64,000 bases of DNA from Hydrolagus colliei (lineage: Eukaryota): contig CM068754.1 in the NCBI GenBank assembly GCA_035084275.1, positions 14,012,001-14,076,000 of the forward strand. Reading direction: 5' to 3'. Position 1 is the stretch's first letter, and every line of letters begins with the position of its first letter. The position numbers were made by a program, and so were the translations under genes. Below, piece after piece: positions 1 through 13,200 of this stretch. The notes beneath the pieces are model-generated. The model was given only the letters and a program-made list of their open reading frames with translations, searched no databases and had not been told where the DNA came from.

Positions 1-3000
1 AAATGGAACAAGAAGATGGCATATTTCTTATGTCTGAGACTGTCTAATGAGGAGAAAAATACTTGAACTTAACGAGTCTGATTTTTAAAAAAATAAACAC
101 TCTTTGCCAGGCTTACTCTGATTGTTGGCAGAACATAGACGTTCTGTTTTCTACAAGGCAGCTTCACTGATTTGAATCATATAAAGAAAAAAGAGACATA
201 AAACCAGAGTTGAGTGAGGTAAGTTATTACACATGTATGTTGCAGCTGCACAAGATCCATAAAATAATATCTATTTTTGCCAGATCAACCTCGGCACTAA
301 TTCAAACAAATTGTGAAGTGAATTATTGGCCAGATGTTAATTAGTGAGATACTTCTATCTACATGAAATGGAAACAGTATTGCAAGGAATATATTCTGGG
401 ATCTAGATTTTACGAGTTGTCTCCATCTTGAATGTATTTTGAGCTGTCCAGTGCTGCTGCTCAGAATCCCCCTAATATTCCCAAGGGGTATTTGTCACAA
501 AGTTGGGCATTTGTGTAGTTTGTGTAGTTTACTAAATGTTTTGGTAAATATCTTTCCTGATGCATTCAAGTCATCGGCATTCATCTTTGCAAAGCAAAGC
601 AAATGCATTATATCTGCTCCAATTGTTTCATAATGTATATAGATAGTGAACTTTAAAGGACAGGAGCTTCACAATGGATTAGACAGATGAAATAATTCAC
701 AATGTGTCATGATATGTGTTTGTGCTGACGATAGGTTGAAAACGAAACATTTCAACATCAATTTAGCAAGATGCTATCTAGCGGTCCATTATCTAACTTA
801 TAGCTCCCAGCAAGAAAGTAGACAAGAGTAAAGGTTGAAGGACATGACTCTGGCATTTTGTGTGCAACAACAAATCTAAACTACCTTGGGTTTTGCAATG
901 AAATTGTTTTATATCGTAATCTAGATCTGATTTTTATAAAGATTACACCAAGAGTTTATTGTGGCAAATTCAATCCTCTTCTATGCTGATAGTTACTAAA
1001 CAACTGATCCAGATTAGTAGGACCTGGTCTCCCCAATGCACATTGTTGGAAGAACAGCAATAGAGGGAAATAGAGCAGAAAGAGTCTTCAAAGTGTCATA
1101 TTGAGATTTGCCACATAACTGTAACTATTGGAAGGGAGATGTTTTAATTAATTATCCATAAAATATTTAATTTACTACAGCTACAGTTATTAATCAACTG
1201 CTTAGCTGTATTACGCCTCTGGTGTACATATTTATATTGATGTAAGAGGGAAAGTATAATGCCACTGACAGGCATGACAGCATTTGAGAAATGAGATATG
1301 ACAGTGCCAGTAAACACATTTAGTAATTCTGAGGTGTGGGTGGGAAAGACATGTGTCACAAAGCTTCAGATGTTCTACTTTCATGCACAAATGTGCAACA
1401 ATATTTGCTAAGTTGACTTTATACAAGATAAAATAAAGGTAATTAAGTAATACGGGTAAATCTACCTCATTAGCAGAAATGTCATATAATGTTTTCTCAC
1501 ATAATTTTGCAGAACACTGGGGAGTACAGTATAGTTGGCGTATACATTGGTAACCAAATACTATATGTCTTGACCTGAGGTTAGGTACCGCCAGGCTCTG
1601 TTTAAAGTGACTGAGATCACATGAAACCACTTTAGTTCGTATGGGAATTATATTAGTGCAGATTTAATTAGTCTGCACAAAATATGCCACAACCAGCCAT
1701 AAATAGGGTCAAGTTACAGAATTTTAATTAATCACCTTTAACTGTACAGGTTCTGCACCCACCAACCAGTCACTAATCCAAATCGCAGGAAAATCACAAA
1801 AAAGAGTGGGTAGTATATGTTTGTCAAGATCAAATGTCTCTTTCTTTCAGCGAGGATCAGAATGCTCCATTGGGAGTGAAAACTAAGGGGGAGTTACGAG
1901 TCTACGATGGGTGAGAGAGTGATTGGAGACCATCAAATAATGGGAGACATTTCAAGTGCTGTCGGTGTTTCAATGGTTTCCTATTTGGGACCATCGGCCA
2001 CAGTAGCTAGTTACTGAGGAACCAACTCCAGACCCAGCTGTGTAAAGCTGCACACGTCTGTGCTGAGAACAGGAAACCAGTCTGTTTCAGTCATGTATAT
2101 GCACCATGGCACAAGATATGTCAAAAGCAGGCACATGGTAGGAGTGAGATTTATAGTTAAAAAGAGTAAGATAGTTTGCCAACCAATCTGAACGTATAGA
2201 GCAGAATATATCTTTTTTTGAATGCAATGCATCAAAAGCATTGAAAAAATGTTTTAACTTTGTACTAGGGATACCTGACAGGTTACTGATGTGGTTTTAA
2301 AAACACAATTTTTTTTGCTTAAACAACAAGCCTTTCAAATTCATTAGCAATGACATTCTGAAAATCATAATTGCGTTAACTTGCTTTACAGAAGCTTTTA
2401 TTTTAGCTTGCGATGTTTATTCATTTAGGATAACAGCCGGAATGTGGTGAAGGAAAGCTCGATTTAAATTCAGTGGCCATCTGCGAATAACACTCTATAA
2501 TTGTCGCTATTACGGGAGTTCTGAAATCAAAATGCAGAACCCGAGCACAGTGTGAACGAACAAAACATTTCAACATTAATCACTCGATGGTTAAATGGTG
2601 ATTTTAAAACTATTATTAATTGCATCAAAATATTTCCGAGAGAACACAGAGACATGTATGTATGCAACACGCCTCGAATATAAATGAGCCTGTATCAAAC
2701 AACCTGTGCCGGAGTCAGTTCATGTGTGGTAATGTAACCATATGGTTCACGAAGTATTTTCTACATACTATTAACCTCTGGATTAACATATGATGATCAA
2801 AACACCAATTAAGCTTCCTTATTGCGGGGCTGATCTGACTACAGTAAGACAGACTGCTATTCTCTGCACTTCAGGACCTTGTAATCAATGAGGATGGGAA
2901 ATCACAAATGAAGTAGGTTTAAAGCATATTGTGCAGTGCTCAGAATCTCACTATGAACGTACATTTCACAGTGATTTAAGTGAGTGAATGTTACTTTTGG

Positions 3001-3834
3001 TGACCAATGGCTTGTAACCACAAAGGGAGAATAAGGGATAATAATAATAATAATAATCTGTGCGTTTGATATTGCACCTTTCATATCTGGAGGACATCTC
3101 AAACGATTGATTGTAAAATGTAGAGACTCTAGCGTGTATTTGAAGGCACTCCATTGTTGCCTGGTTGGTTGGCCTCTGGATTTAGATTTAAGGGCAAACA
3201 ACCCTTAAATCCTCATAAACCTTGGGAATTATAAACTCTTCCCCATTTAGAAATATGGCTGCTTAACACCTAACAAGTTCTTTGAATTGGCATTTGCTTG
3301 CAAAGGCAAAACATAATTCAGATGTCTGTATCTTCTCGGGGTGTAGGTCATCATATTTTTGGGGGTCAACTTGGAGTCCCATATATTTTTGAGAGCTATC
3401 ACGATTCTGCCTGGTTGTGGGTTTAAACCTTACTCTTTACACTCGACTTAATCTACAAATCATAACAGAGGAACTTCAATAAATGCAAGATGTATTGCAA
3501 AGAGGAGCACTAACATGATCAAGCAATATTTCAGCTGTTGATGCACATCAGGAAAGTTTTCTGTAGAAAATAGACAGAACATTTCTGGTGTAGTAAATGT
3601 TATGTGAATCAGCCATAAAGAGAAGCATCAACGTTCATATTTCAGAGGGGAATGTGAGCCACACACAGGCCAAGAGAATGACAAATTCCAGCTGCTTGCA
3701 TCAGAAGGAAATGCCTGCCAGTGACTAGTGAAATGTATGCAAGTAAAATTGAAGGAATTATTACTTTGTCGGTAAAACCCAAATGCTGAATGTGGATGTC
3801 TTTCCAAAAAAACAGCATGGAGAACTTCTGTTGT

Positions 3835-4147
3835 GGAGTTCTGGAGCTCAGTGGATAGAACACTCGCCTTGCAAGCGAGAGACCTGGGTTTGCTTCCAGG
3901 CAGGGCAAAACCTTGGGCAGGTTTCCTTATTCCACACGTCTGATAATAATCCGTAAAAAAAAAAAAAAAAATTGGTCACTTCAATCCAGGACTGTGTGTG
4001 GGACACTGCTGTGTGCAATTCGCTGCCACAAATATAGTCAATTTCACCCACAAATATACCGTCAATTCAGTTTACAGTATATTCTGTGAAGCGTTTTGAG
4101 ACGTCTAGAAGATGTAAAAAGCGCTAAACCAAATGCAAGGATTATTA
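3835..4147 (+). mobile_element. Full-length ~310 bp tRNA-derived SINE (family A)
   Basis: tRNA-like head (ggagctcagtgg A-box, stem ctcgc...gcgag around TGC), a body shared with many copies in the window, and tail tgaagcgttttgagacgtc...aaatgcaaggattatt. Confidence 0.92.
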
Positions 4148-7107
4148 AATGAAAAACAAACATTTCAAGGTCTGAAATCGTTTAAAATTGCTCTAAATAC
4201 AAAAAGGCGAATGAAAAACAACAGCGGCAATGTAGCATGCCTTTTTTTCCCCACACAAAAAAGACAGAAATGCCTTTTGCCAACTGCCACCTTGGCAAAG
4301 CAATGAAATGAACCAGCAATCAAAGTATCCCAGAATACTGGTCAAACTGCCCGAAAACTTTTACCTTGTGGAGATTGGTTTGTGTGAATTGTATCTATAA
4401 TATCTACAAACGTAATGAAAACCACATACTGTACAAGAAACAGTGAAAAATAGGGATACGACACATGAAGGGGCTATTTACTAGTTATTTTGTTGACCCT
4501 TTCAATGCTTACTCATGTGTTCTTCCATAAAGGGTGGGAAAATTCCGCATTGAGAGTTGCGGTCGGTGGCAGCCCTCTTGCCTCAGAGTCAGATCGACTC
4601 TCTAGGCACTTTAAACGATGTGTTGTTTGGTGGTCCTCTCAACATGGGCATCATGCTGTTTGCTGAGTGAGCCCCTACTCTGCCTGTTTGAAGCAACAGC
4701 TGTTAAAATGATGGTGCATAAAGTCCCATGTTGGAAAAAATAACGGGTTGTGGCACTGGTGATTTTGCCTGATGGGATGATACAATTGAGCTTTTGGAGA
4801 CTGATAGAGTTAGAAAGTATTGTCTCTGGAAAATCTGATGATGTCGGTTGATGTGTAGAAACAGCTTTTGTTTACCAATGCAACAAAGTAATTAAAGGAC
4901 GTGATTGTATAGATTTAGAAAATGTGTCATAGAACAGCTAACATGAAGCCTTTTTTTAAGTTTAAATAACTGCCTGAACTAAATACTAATTGATATATTT
5001 ATGTCACGAGCAGCATGCTTTGTACAATTACCAGGCACTCTGAAATATTTAGTCGAATTGCAGTAGATCTGGCAAACATCTATCCAACAACTCCCACCGA
5101 ATATTGCCTGTGAATAAATTCAACTATTGTGTCTTCAGCATATATTACTTCCCTCAGGGTGTATGTCCTTCTCTGATAGATGTATGGTGTCTGAATGTAA
5201 TCTTCTTCTTGGCTGTCTATTTGACGCTACTGATATTTCTTCCCGACATCCTGACAGGTTCTTCTATTGCAGAAACACATTCAGTCACTGAGCAAACTAA
5301 GTCCATGCTTTATTCTAACCTCCAGAGTTTTGGTGCTACAGTAGCACAATTTGATGGGCTTCCTTTTCAGACCTTCGTAAGCAATCAGATCCATTTCCTG
5401 CTCAGTAAATTTGGCCTTCCTTAACATCTTAACATTTTCCACAGAATGAGATACAAGTATAACCGCCCATGAGATACAACAATAACTTGCATTTATATTG
5501 CGCCCTTCACACAGGGTAGTGTCCCAGAGTGCTTGGGAGATATAGGACCCCAGTGTGACACTTCTTTCTTCTTGCTAGTTAAACAAATAATGAAGCCAAA
5601 TCTTGCCTCAAATACTCCCAGCAGTAAATTAAAAATCTATGGGATCTTAATGAAATGTGATTAGATATAGTTTTAAGTTTTAAAATCTTGAATAAATACA
5701 TTCCATTTCATTCTCAAGTGTTCCTTGTCACCTCCAGTCACAATGGGTTGGAAAATGTGTTAATGAGTATTGTTGTAATTAACATATCACATGTCTCAAT
5801 CGTCACCCTAATGTCTTGGATATTATAAAAATATAGAGCAGCATTAAAGTTTTGACAATACGATTTAAGGCGCATTTTCATTGTAAACAATAAATGTTTC
5901 AAAACCATTCAGGTTGATCGGGGATTTAAGCAATTCATTAAATTGCTATAAATGATAACTTAATGCACATCATATCATTTCCTTTATTGTTAAATGTTGA
6001 ATCATAGCCAAATCTAATTAAGATCACTTTTTAAGAACATCATTACAATTTAATTAAATTTGTTAACTTTCCTTTTAAAAGTGTCATTAGTTGTACATTT
6101 GCTAGAAGTGTACTTTAATTATGCTGTTTGTGACAATATAACTTAGCCCTTTTAAAGGAAGTTAAAGAAATGTGTCATTTAAAGGAAATTGTTTATTAAA
6201 GATAGAATGCATGGTTAACTAGTTATCTTTTTATAAACGTTAATCTGTTCAACTTCCATATTTCATTGCATTTTAGCAGAAAATGAAGTTACATTTTTCT
6301 AAGCATAAATATATCTAATGCATGTTTGAAAACAGTATTCTAAAAGCAATGAGTTTAATGGGAAAGAAATATACTTAACATCATTTTAATGACTTCAATA
6401 ACAGAGTGTTTAAAAGCACTGATAGAATTAAAATGGTAATAACCTTACCTTTAATTAAATAGTGGGCGAGGTGGTAATATTACATTGATAGGTTATTTTA
6501 CATTCTCCAAGTTCAGATTTTTATTCTCTTGATATCCATTTAATTATTTTGTTAGTGATCTACAGGCAATGGAAGTGTTTAATGAAGTTAAGAGGTGCAA
6601 GTGTGGGCTGTTGCAGAGTTTGGCAAGGTCCATTCTGCAGCGGATAAGACAATGACACCTGAAATGGGTTGTATTATTGAGGGTCTTCTGGGGAAGGAAG
6701 GTTGGTGGTGCGATCATGGGGGAGAATAAATGCTGAAATGAAATAAATACATGAAAGAAATCTGCTAGTAATATTTCTTGAAAAATATGTGAAGTGCCAT
6801 TTCGTAGTACTTCTGTTTGGTTGAAAGTTGTTCCCTTGCAGTTAGTGATGGAACAGGATATACAGTGCATACTGAGTCTTTTCTGATGTCTGAAAAGATG
6901 TTCAAAGTGAATAAAGTGGATCTGGACACTGTTGTACTGCACACTTGAGATTTTTAAAGCATATTAATTTTTTTTCACGTAACCTGCTTTTCCATTAGAT
7001 TTTGTTTATATTGCAAACTTGGACTCATTTTTTATGTGGTTGTATTTCATTGCTTACAAAGCAAACAAAGTGCTCAATGTGGGACTAAACACAAAGGTCT
7101 TATTCTT

Positions 7108-7256
7108 ATGGATAAAGGGTTTAAGGGATATGGGGATAAGGTGGGTAGGTGGAGTCAGATTAGAAGATCAGCCATGATCTTATTGAAAGGCGGGGCAGGC
7201 TCGAGGGGCCGAACGGCATACTCCTGCTCCTAATTCTTATGTTCTTATGTTCTTAT
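7108..7256 (+). mobile_element. CR1 LINE 3' end with (TTCTTATG)n tail
   Basis: gatcagccatgatcttattgaaaggcggggcaggctcgaggggccgaacggcatactcctgctcctaattcttatgttcttatgttcttat, as in shark CR1 termini. Confidence 0.9.
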
Positions 7257-10200
7257 TCCTCTCTTGTCAGTAGATTTACCAGCCATGCTGCTGTCTACTT
7301 ATCCTGGGAGTTTACCATTTTTCATCACCTAAAGAGATTCCCATTCTCAGACTTGGCTCAGTCATTTCCAGCATTGGAATTTGATTTGGAAGTTCCTTGA
7401 GATTAATTTGGTTTTATGGTGCCTTTGAGTGACACCTCAGTACTTTAAATACAGTTGTACAGTCTTGCTGAGGAGCTGCCTCATTGATCTAAATAGTTCT
7501 ACAGAAATAACACACATCCAAATTTATCTGCAAGTGACTAATTAGATGGCTATGTAGCTCTGAATGATGTCTACATTTTGCCAGTGTTCACACCAAGTGT
7601 CGTTTGTGACACCTATGAAGCTTGACAGACAACTCCTGACAGGTGAGTAGCTGGATGACAAGAGTGAATGTCTGCATTTGCCTAAGCAGGAAGCATCTGT
7701 CAATCACAGAAAATTGAAAGGATATAATAAGTGCGGAATGCGATTCAATAAAGAACAGAGGAAATCGAGATGTAAAGATATTTACTTTTCTAGCAATAGG
7801 AAGGCTGGGTTCATATTTAGGAGCAACCTCATTTTTTTTCTAAAAAATAGAAAGAACTGATGGGTTCATAACAGCAAGTGCTTGATACATATCACATCAG
7901 TCTACTTTGCTGTATACATTCTTCTTGTTCCTTGTGTACAGACCTTCTCTCCGCACCTGCAGTTAGATTATCTGCACATCATCCTAAATAGGCAGAATAT
8001 TGTACCACAAAACCATCATACTCAACTCTGCTTCAATAGTGTTTCAACAGCACTTTTGCTCTTTGTATTAATCAATAATCCACATGTCACTTCTTATCCC
8101 ATTACCTTCTTGTTCGGGTAGTTAACATCACCTTTACCTGCTGTTTAGTTCTATATTACTTAATGAAAATGTTGGAAGGTAACAGTGTTTTCCAGCTGAA
8201 TTTGAACCTAAAGGATTGAAACCAGGCCTATCTCTGACATCTCTCTCTCTCTCTCTGCTTATGTTGGTTTGAAGTGCTTGAGAGGAACAAAGCTGTTTCA
8301 GCATGTTCGGATCTGATGTTACTCTGGTGTTCTAAGTCTGATCGTGTTATTTCTTACTCCATGCCCAAATATGGTAAAATTGTACCATATTATAATGTTT
8401 AAAACATAATTTTAATTGTTACCTTGAGCACAAGGTTGAAGACAGTAGCAGATTTTTTTGTTGTTGAACCTACCTAAGTTTCCCTCAAAAAGATGTGTTC
8501 TTGCATGTCTTACTGTATACCACCATGCACCTTTCTTGTGTGAAATCAGACTGCTGTTAATTACATTTTAATCAATAGTAAATTGTATCCACTAGATTGG
8601 TACCCAACATGATCTACTACAGCTTGGAGTTGCTTGCTGTTTTTCCATTAAATCTTATCAGTTTCACAGAGCTGCTTTGTTATATTTAGTGCATCAGGTA
8701 ATTCCTTTGTTGGGAAGGAAGCTATCTGTTGTTGGACGTGAAACCATTATCTCAGCACTGGAAGGGACATCTTACTGCTAAGCTACTTACTGATGCTCTT
8801 TATAGCTTGTTGCTCTAAACTCTTTTAACAATACATGTATTCTCTTGTGGATTTCTGCTGATAATACATCAAGCCTCTTCCTGGTTAGGAAGTTATCTGC
8901 TCTTCAAACTAAAGCCACTATCTCACCACTGGAAGGCACAGTGCATACCATTAATCCACAAAGCTAATGATGCACTCTCTTGTTCCCAGTCATTGCAGTA
9001 AAGCTATTTATTCCCTCTGTTTTATGATGCTGCAATACAGCAGATCTTTTCCGTTTAGTTGGTAATACTGTATAATGTATTTTTTTCAGTGTTTCCATTT
9101 CCAGCCTTATACAGTTTAATATCACGGGTTGTTTTTCTACAATATTCCTGAAACAATTTGATAGCTTGTTTGTCAAAACCATTATTATTTCTGGTCTCGC
9201 CAGTTCCGTCTACCAGCAGATAGGAAACAATTATGAGCTTCAAACTGTAGGAATTTAATGTGATCCATAATGAATCTCATCACAAATATTCAATCTTGAT
9301 CACATCTCATACCCTTTTAAATTGTAAGGTGCCTGGCTCTTTAAGAAATATTTACCAGATGAACGATGACCTAACTTATTATAGAGTGTCAGTTTTGTTA
9401 GTGGTATGAAATGTTGTAACCTGCTATATACGAACATAAGAAATATGAATTAGAGACCAGTCATTCTTTGACACTGTTTCACCATTTAATCTCCACGAGT
9501 AAAGAACACCTTAGATTGTATTTATCTCCCTCCTTTATTTTGCCTGTTCTGTTTCATAAGGCTTTAGTATTGTGATTACAGAGCAATGGCTATCAGGCAA
9601 GCAGCACCATATATTTGAGTTCCCAATGTATCTTGTTTCATACGACCAACCAATTTCCCTGGTAGTCTATTGGGTTTAATACAAGTGAGTTTCTTGGTCT
9701 AGTTGTTACGCATTCATCCAAGCTCCCGGCAGTCTAATATTATGCATCCATCTGTTTAACTTAGCTGGCAGTACATTGGCTATGCATCCAACCTCTGCAT
9801 TCATATTCACAAGAACTCTCGTAGGTCCAAAATGCCTCAGTTCACCAGTGATCCAGAGATGTTCAACCTGATTCATATCTTGTCATTGTTTCATCTTAAA
9901 TCAGATTTTGGATTTAGATCAGTGGAAGAGATAGTTGGAATGAAAACCATAAGGGTGTATAAATGTTTGTCTGGACAAACAATGCCAGCAATGTCATCAT
10001 GACACACAAATTAGCAAAGTAAATCCAATCTTCTTCCACTGGAAAATTGCTCCTTTCATTCAACAGTGAGATGTGGGCATAAACAGTCAGTCGAAATGTG
10101 ATTGACTGATACAGAAACCTCCTCAACCTTTGATGAGAGCATCTGCTGGCTTTAAACCTGCTTCAACTCGTTTCTCATGAATGGTCACTTGTTTAACTTT

Positions 10201-13200
10201 GTGCGTACATTTCTGAAAGGAACTTGCTTATTAATGTGTCATATATACCGCTGGAAGCAATTTTAAGTTGGTTCCCAGCAGTAAAGAAATTTGGAGCTTT
10301 CGCATTGCCTGCTCTGAAATCGTGTTCACGTCTGGGTTTGAGGACAGTTCTGGGTATATTCAACTCAGGGGGACATGAAGTGATCCGCTAACTGGTGATA
10401 AATCGGGGGGGCAGTTGTGAATGTTACATTAATAACATTTAAGATCATCTATTGAAAGTTCTCTGGTGTCTAAATTCTACCGTAGGGACGTGATCAATTG
10501 CTCGACTTAAAAACATCCGCTCAATATGATGTAGGGATGAAAGTTCAGCAAGAATCTCTTTGTCACTAAACAGGATTGATATTTTGTTGATTTTGCTTCA
10601 AATTGATGCAATAAGTACCATAGAAATATGACATAACATAAGGGCACTCTCTCTGAAACAATTGTGGCATTCAGTTCCAGCTTAATGCTTTCTCAGCAAA
10701 GTGAACATGTTCTCTCAATAAAGAACCATAAGAATGTACTCAGGTCTTTCACAAGCTAGTAACTGGTTTATCCTCGTCCCTGAATCCTTTAAGCACATTT
10801 ACAAGAACCTGATATGGAGGCTAAATTTGACCCTTGAGTAATGCTAAGGCAGGGAGTTATAGGTGATTCTGGTACTCTGCCAAGAGCTGTGTTGCTAAGT
10901 AACGATATCTTTTGTACATTGTTTTACTTGTGTTATAGAGAAGTTCCGTTTATGGCGCAACCGCACCGGTGTTGGCCACTCGGGGTCAAAGTCAGCTTTT
11001 ACGATAATGCTATAAAATAACGATAGCTCGCAGGTTATACCAAAGCCCTCCCTGGTCCGATACAGCGATGTGATCTTTATTTACTCCAATCTCAAACATA
11101 TTTGACAATTTTATTCTAACAGGATTCTATTACAACTGAATAAAATGTACTTTCTGGCCAGCTACACAGTGGAGCTTTATGCTTCAAGTTTTACATTGCA
11201 CTGCAGCTCCTGAGAGATTTTGAAGGACCACGAGCGTGTGTTTATCCTACAAGGGTCAATCCAAGTCTCCCCTGGAACCAGGAGCATGGAGCATTGGTGC
11301 AATTTAGTTTGGCTTCATCACAATTTTTAAGGGGAGAAATTTCACCTGGGTCTAGCTTTATTCGATTCATTGCAAAGCATTCAGAATTTGGCAAATTCTT
11401 GAACAGGACCTTAATTTTGAACCTAGTTGTCTGCAATTTTGTGCAAGAACCACAGAAAAGCAAAGCACTTTTGAGACGTTTAGAAGATGTGAAAAGTACT
11501 ATATCAAATGCACGGATTATCATAATTATTATTAAAAACAGATTCAAAGTTGATCTCAACAAATCAACATTTGCCTAATTCTGTTAAGTAAATGCAATAA
11601 TTCTGGATCCAAATGGAATTTCTGCCCATTGTGGCTAGCAATGCACACTATTTTGAATCATTCAAGTATAGTACAGTAATTGTTAACACCCTGTGGTGAA
11701 ACATTGACGCAAGAATGTTGCTTTGGAATGAGTATCAAATGCATTGAATTGTTTTATCAATAATTCACGGACAACAACAGAAACAAATCGACACTAACTT
11801 TGTTAATATAACAGCTCCTGAGAATCCAGTTAGATTTTTTTCATTCATTCGTGCAAAACTCACTCTGGATGTAGATTTTGTTGGAACAGATTGGCTTGAT
11901 TTGTTACCTGAGGGAGCTCCCATTTGAAAGAGTCTTATTTCTCGTTAAGAATTTGCTGCATTCTGGATGCATTGATTGGCTACAGAAAAGTGACATATAG
12001 GATAACCGTTTGTTTGGAGTAGGTTGCAAGGGTAATAACAGTCAGTGAGTTTTGATGAACTCAAACCCAATAGCTGTGGGATACAGCTGTAAAACTAAAA
12101 CAGAATTTCCTTTGGGATTGGCTTCAAATTATCATTACAATTAGAGAGTCTTCCAACACTGGTCCTTTTCCAAATCATTACTTATTAGATCTTGTTGCAA
12201 GATGGTCAATATGGATGAACGACAATTTCCTCTGGATATATGGCTCGCACAAATATTTTATTAAAAGCCTCATACATCATGTCTCTCTACCTTACTCACG
12301 ACTATTATTACACTTACCTCATGCTGTATACCCATCTGTTAACTGCACTCTGAATCTTATTCAATCATATTTTTCAATAGCATTTTCCATTAATCACCAC
12401 ATGTCCAAGAAAATAACTTGGAACTTATCAAGTTTAGATTGTGTAACACAATTGCTATTGCTATTATGTACAATGAATAAGCAGCATTATATTGGACAAG
12501 GTACAGAATAGGATGGTAAATAAAGTTAGGGATGATAATTATTTGTGCGTTGCAGGATGTTTGGTCAATGCAATCAATTTGACAATGGGATTGGTATTAT
12601 ATAATTGAAGTGGGAACAGAAATACAGAGCAAAATGTTGTTCAAGCTGACTCCATTTGTTAACGTGATTTATTTTGTAGGATGCTTAATGACTTTCCCAT
12701 CGCAGGAAGAAACACGTGATGCAATAAGTAAACCATTATCTCAGCCCAACTGTAAACTGATAAACTGCCTTGCGTCCTTGCCTAGCATATGTATTTTAGT
12801 TCATCTGGCAACAAAACCAATACCAGTCCAGCATTAACAAATATTATTCTCCATACCCTGCGGTCTCTCAGCTGCTTTCAGCTGAAACCCTTCAATAAAA
12901 TCTTGAAACAAAGCAAAAGCTTTCACAGTTTTCATGATCCACGATTGACAAAATAAGAACAAATGGAAGCTCACATAAGCAAAATATTATAGCATCAGGT
13001 TCAATCAGATGATCCATCTGTCTTCAGCTCCCCTGACCTTGATTTCGTTCAGTAAAATTCCGAGGTAGAATTTTCCTGCACAGCTGGCAATGAAGTCCAC
13101 ATGGTTCAGCTGAATGCATTGGCAGTCTCCAAGGAATCTCTCCCATCTTTTTTGTGTCAGAGATTTAGAACCAGCTCCAAGGGCGAATTGGAACCCAGCC

